DNA of 63,914 bases, filler included, from Pirum gemmata (Eukaryota), in NCBI GenBank assembly GCA_002812295.1. It is 16 parts of 16 records of this genome, joined end to end, with 100 filler letters (N's around TTAATTAATTAA, not from the genome) between each part and the next. Parts side by side here need not be neighbours in the genome. Positions count along the whole stretch, not along the records: positions 60,382 to 63,914 come from PDIN01002199.1; 15 more parts are not named here. One strand, written 5' to 3'. Under the pieces are notes generated by a model. It searched no databases. It was not told the DNA's origin and saw only the letters and a program-made list of their open reading frames with translations. Both the position numbers and the translations under genes were made by a program. Each line of letters begins with the position of its first letter. Within the stretch, counting starts at the first letter, position 1. Below are positions 62,525 through 63,914 of this stretch, piece by piece.

Positions 62525-62812
62525 AGTAGGGGTGAGATATCTACTGGAACTTTTTTCGAACAGATGCTTATCGAGCCAACCTTAGTTTCGTGTTACCCTA
62601 ACCCTAACCCTAACCCTAACCCTAACCCTAACCCTAACACTAACCCTANNNNNNNNNNNNNNNNNNNNNNNNNNNNNNNNNNNNNNAAATTTAATTATAG
62701 TAGATACCAATTAAAGTAATACTATTAACATTAATAGTAATAAAAACCATAAAAATCGGAAAAGTTCCGGCAGCTGTTCGGTAATATTAAAATGACGTCA
62801 TCTCACCCTACT
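62525..62812 (+). mobile_element. MITE family A copy with perfect 8-bp TSD and an internal (TAACCC)n tract
   Basis: GTGTAGAA|AGTAGGGGTGAGAT...ATCTCACCCTACT|GTGTAGAA, with the telomeric tract at ~62594-62648. Confidence 0.9.
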
Positions 62813-63806
62813 GTGTAGAAATAGAAACGTAAACATCAAAAAAAAAAAATTTATCGAGTCTTTGTAGTGTCTTTGTAATTGTTTGTATAACACTTTTATA
62901 ACATAACACCAATCAATTGAAAGCTTATTACAAGCCATTCACATAAATAGAATAAAATTATATATGTTAATAATCAAAAACAATTGGTTTATTAAAATCT
63001 TTTGTTGTCACGAAAAATTGGCTTTTTTTTTTTTTTTTTTTTTTTTTTTATTATTATTCCAGGCTGATTGGTTAAATTACGTCAATCTACGTCATTTAGA
63101 TGTCATTTATTACGTAAAGTATACGTCAAAATGACGTATTTTAGTTTTCGATATCGGGCATTCGATAGGGTCCTAGGGACACCCAATGAGCTGACCAGGC
63201 TCACTGAAAATGAAAGTAATTGTTCCATCCATGTATAATTATAATAATATGATAATAATTTATAACACTATTATTATAACCCAAAAAACCACAAAACTTA
63301 CCTCCAAATTATCACGCACCCACGCACCCATACTAATTACCCACACACCAATACTAATTACACTATTTTCTTTTATATTTGGTAATTGACTTGTTTTATA
63401 TGGTTATTTCGCACCCACGCTAATTACGCTAATTTCTTTATTTGGTATTATACTTTCCTTATTTGTTTTTTCCTTGTTACACTAGAACAAGTCCTCGTAT
63501 TCTCGTCTGATTCGTCGTCCTCGTCTTTGGGCACGTTGGCCTCGTCTCAACGAATGAAACGTCTGGGTCTAAAAATGAAATCAATTCACCAACTTTCTTT
63601 GGTGATTAGTAAAGTATATCAAGTAATAAATTGTTCAATTAAGCTCAAGCTAAGCTCAAGCTAACTATCAACTTACTTTTACATATTTTAAATGTTGTTT
63701 AATCACATACAATGCATAATGTTATAATTATTATATATACATGCTATTATATTATAATTATATAATTTATTATAATATTATAATGCATAATATTATGTAT
63801 ATATAT

Positions 63807-63914
63807 TAGGGTTAGGGTTAGGGTTAGGGTTGGAGTTAGGGTTAGGATTAGGGTGAGGGTGAGGGTGAGGGTTACGGTAAAGGGTTAGGGTTAGGGTTAG
63901 GGTTAGGGTTAGGG
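63807..63914 (+). repeat. (TTAGGG)n-type array running off the window end
   Basis: Seen directly. Degenerate units suggest an interstitial array rather than a true chromosome end. Confidence 0.85.

Noticed and set aside
63470..63570. GC-richer possible exon on the minus strand
   Set aside because: The frame is ambiguous and no homology was recognised.

Overview
Very AT-rich eukaryotic DNA with GT-AG introns, the standard genetic code, (TTAGGG)n-type repeats and abundant microsatellites. It is not one locus. About 16 short contigs (mostly ~3.6 kb) are joined by a synthetic 100-nt linker (44 N + TTAATTAATTAA + 44 N), so gene neighbourhoods across linkers mean nothing. Housekeeping genes or fragments: CTP synthase (7 exons, 3' truncated), aldo-keto reductase (3' part, last junction broken), a two-exon AAA+ ATPase, the last exon of glutamate decarboxylase, acetylornithine aminotransferase (one exon out of order), one Asn-tRNA synthetase exon, a PH-domain gene with a 19-nt micro-exon, a GT92-like glycosyltransferase and a C2H2 zinc-finger protein. 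Three intronless genes for secreted or surface proteins stand out: an AA17-like copper LPMO fused through a helical linker to a beta/gamma-crystallin-like domain, a Cu-only (SOD5-type) superoxide dismutase, and a vWA/MIDAS single-pass adhesin with an integrin-beta/Sib-like NPxF tail. Mobile DNA includes a decayed Zator transposon with its MITEs, a decayed Copia RT, an 8-bp-TSD MITE family, a GTGCTTTTCA-ended MITE family and foldback elements. No rRNA, complete tRNA or CRISPR array was found. Family assignments come from motif recognition, not from database searches.
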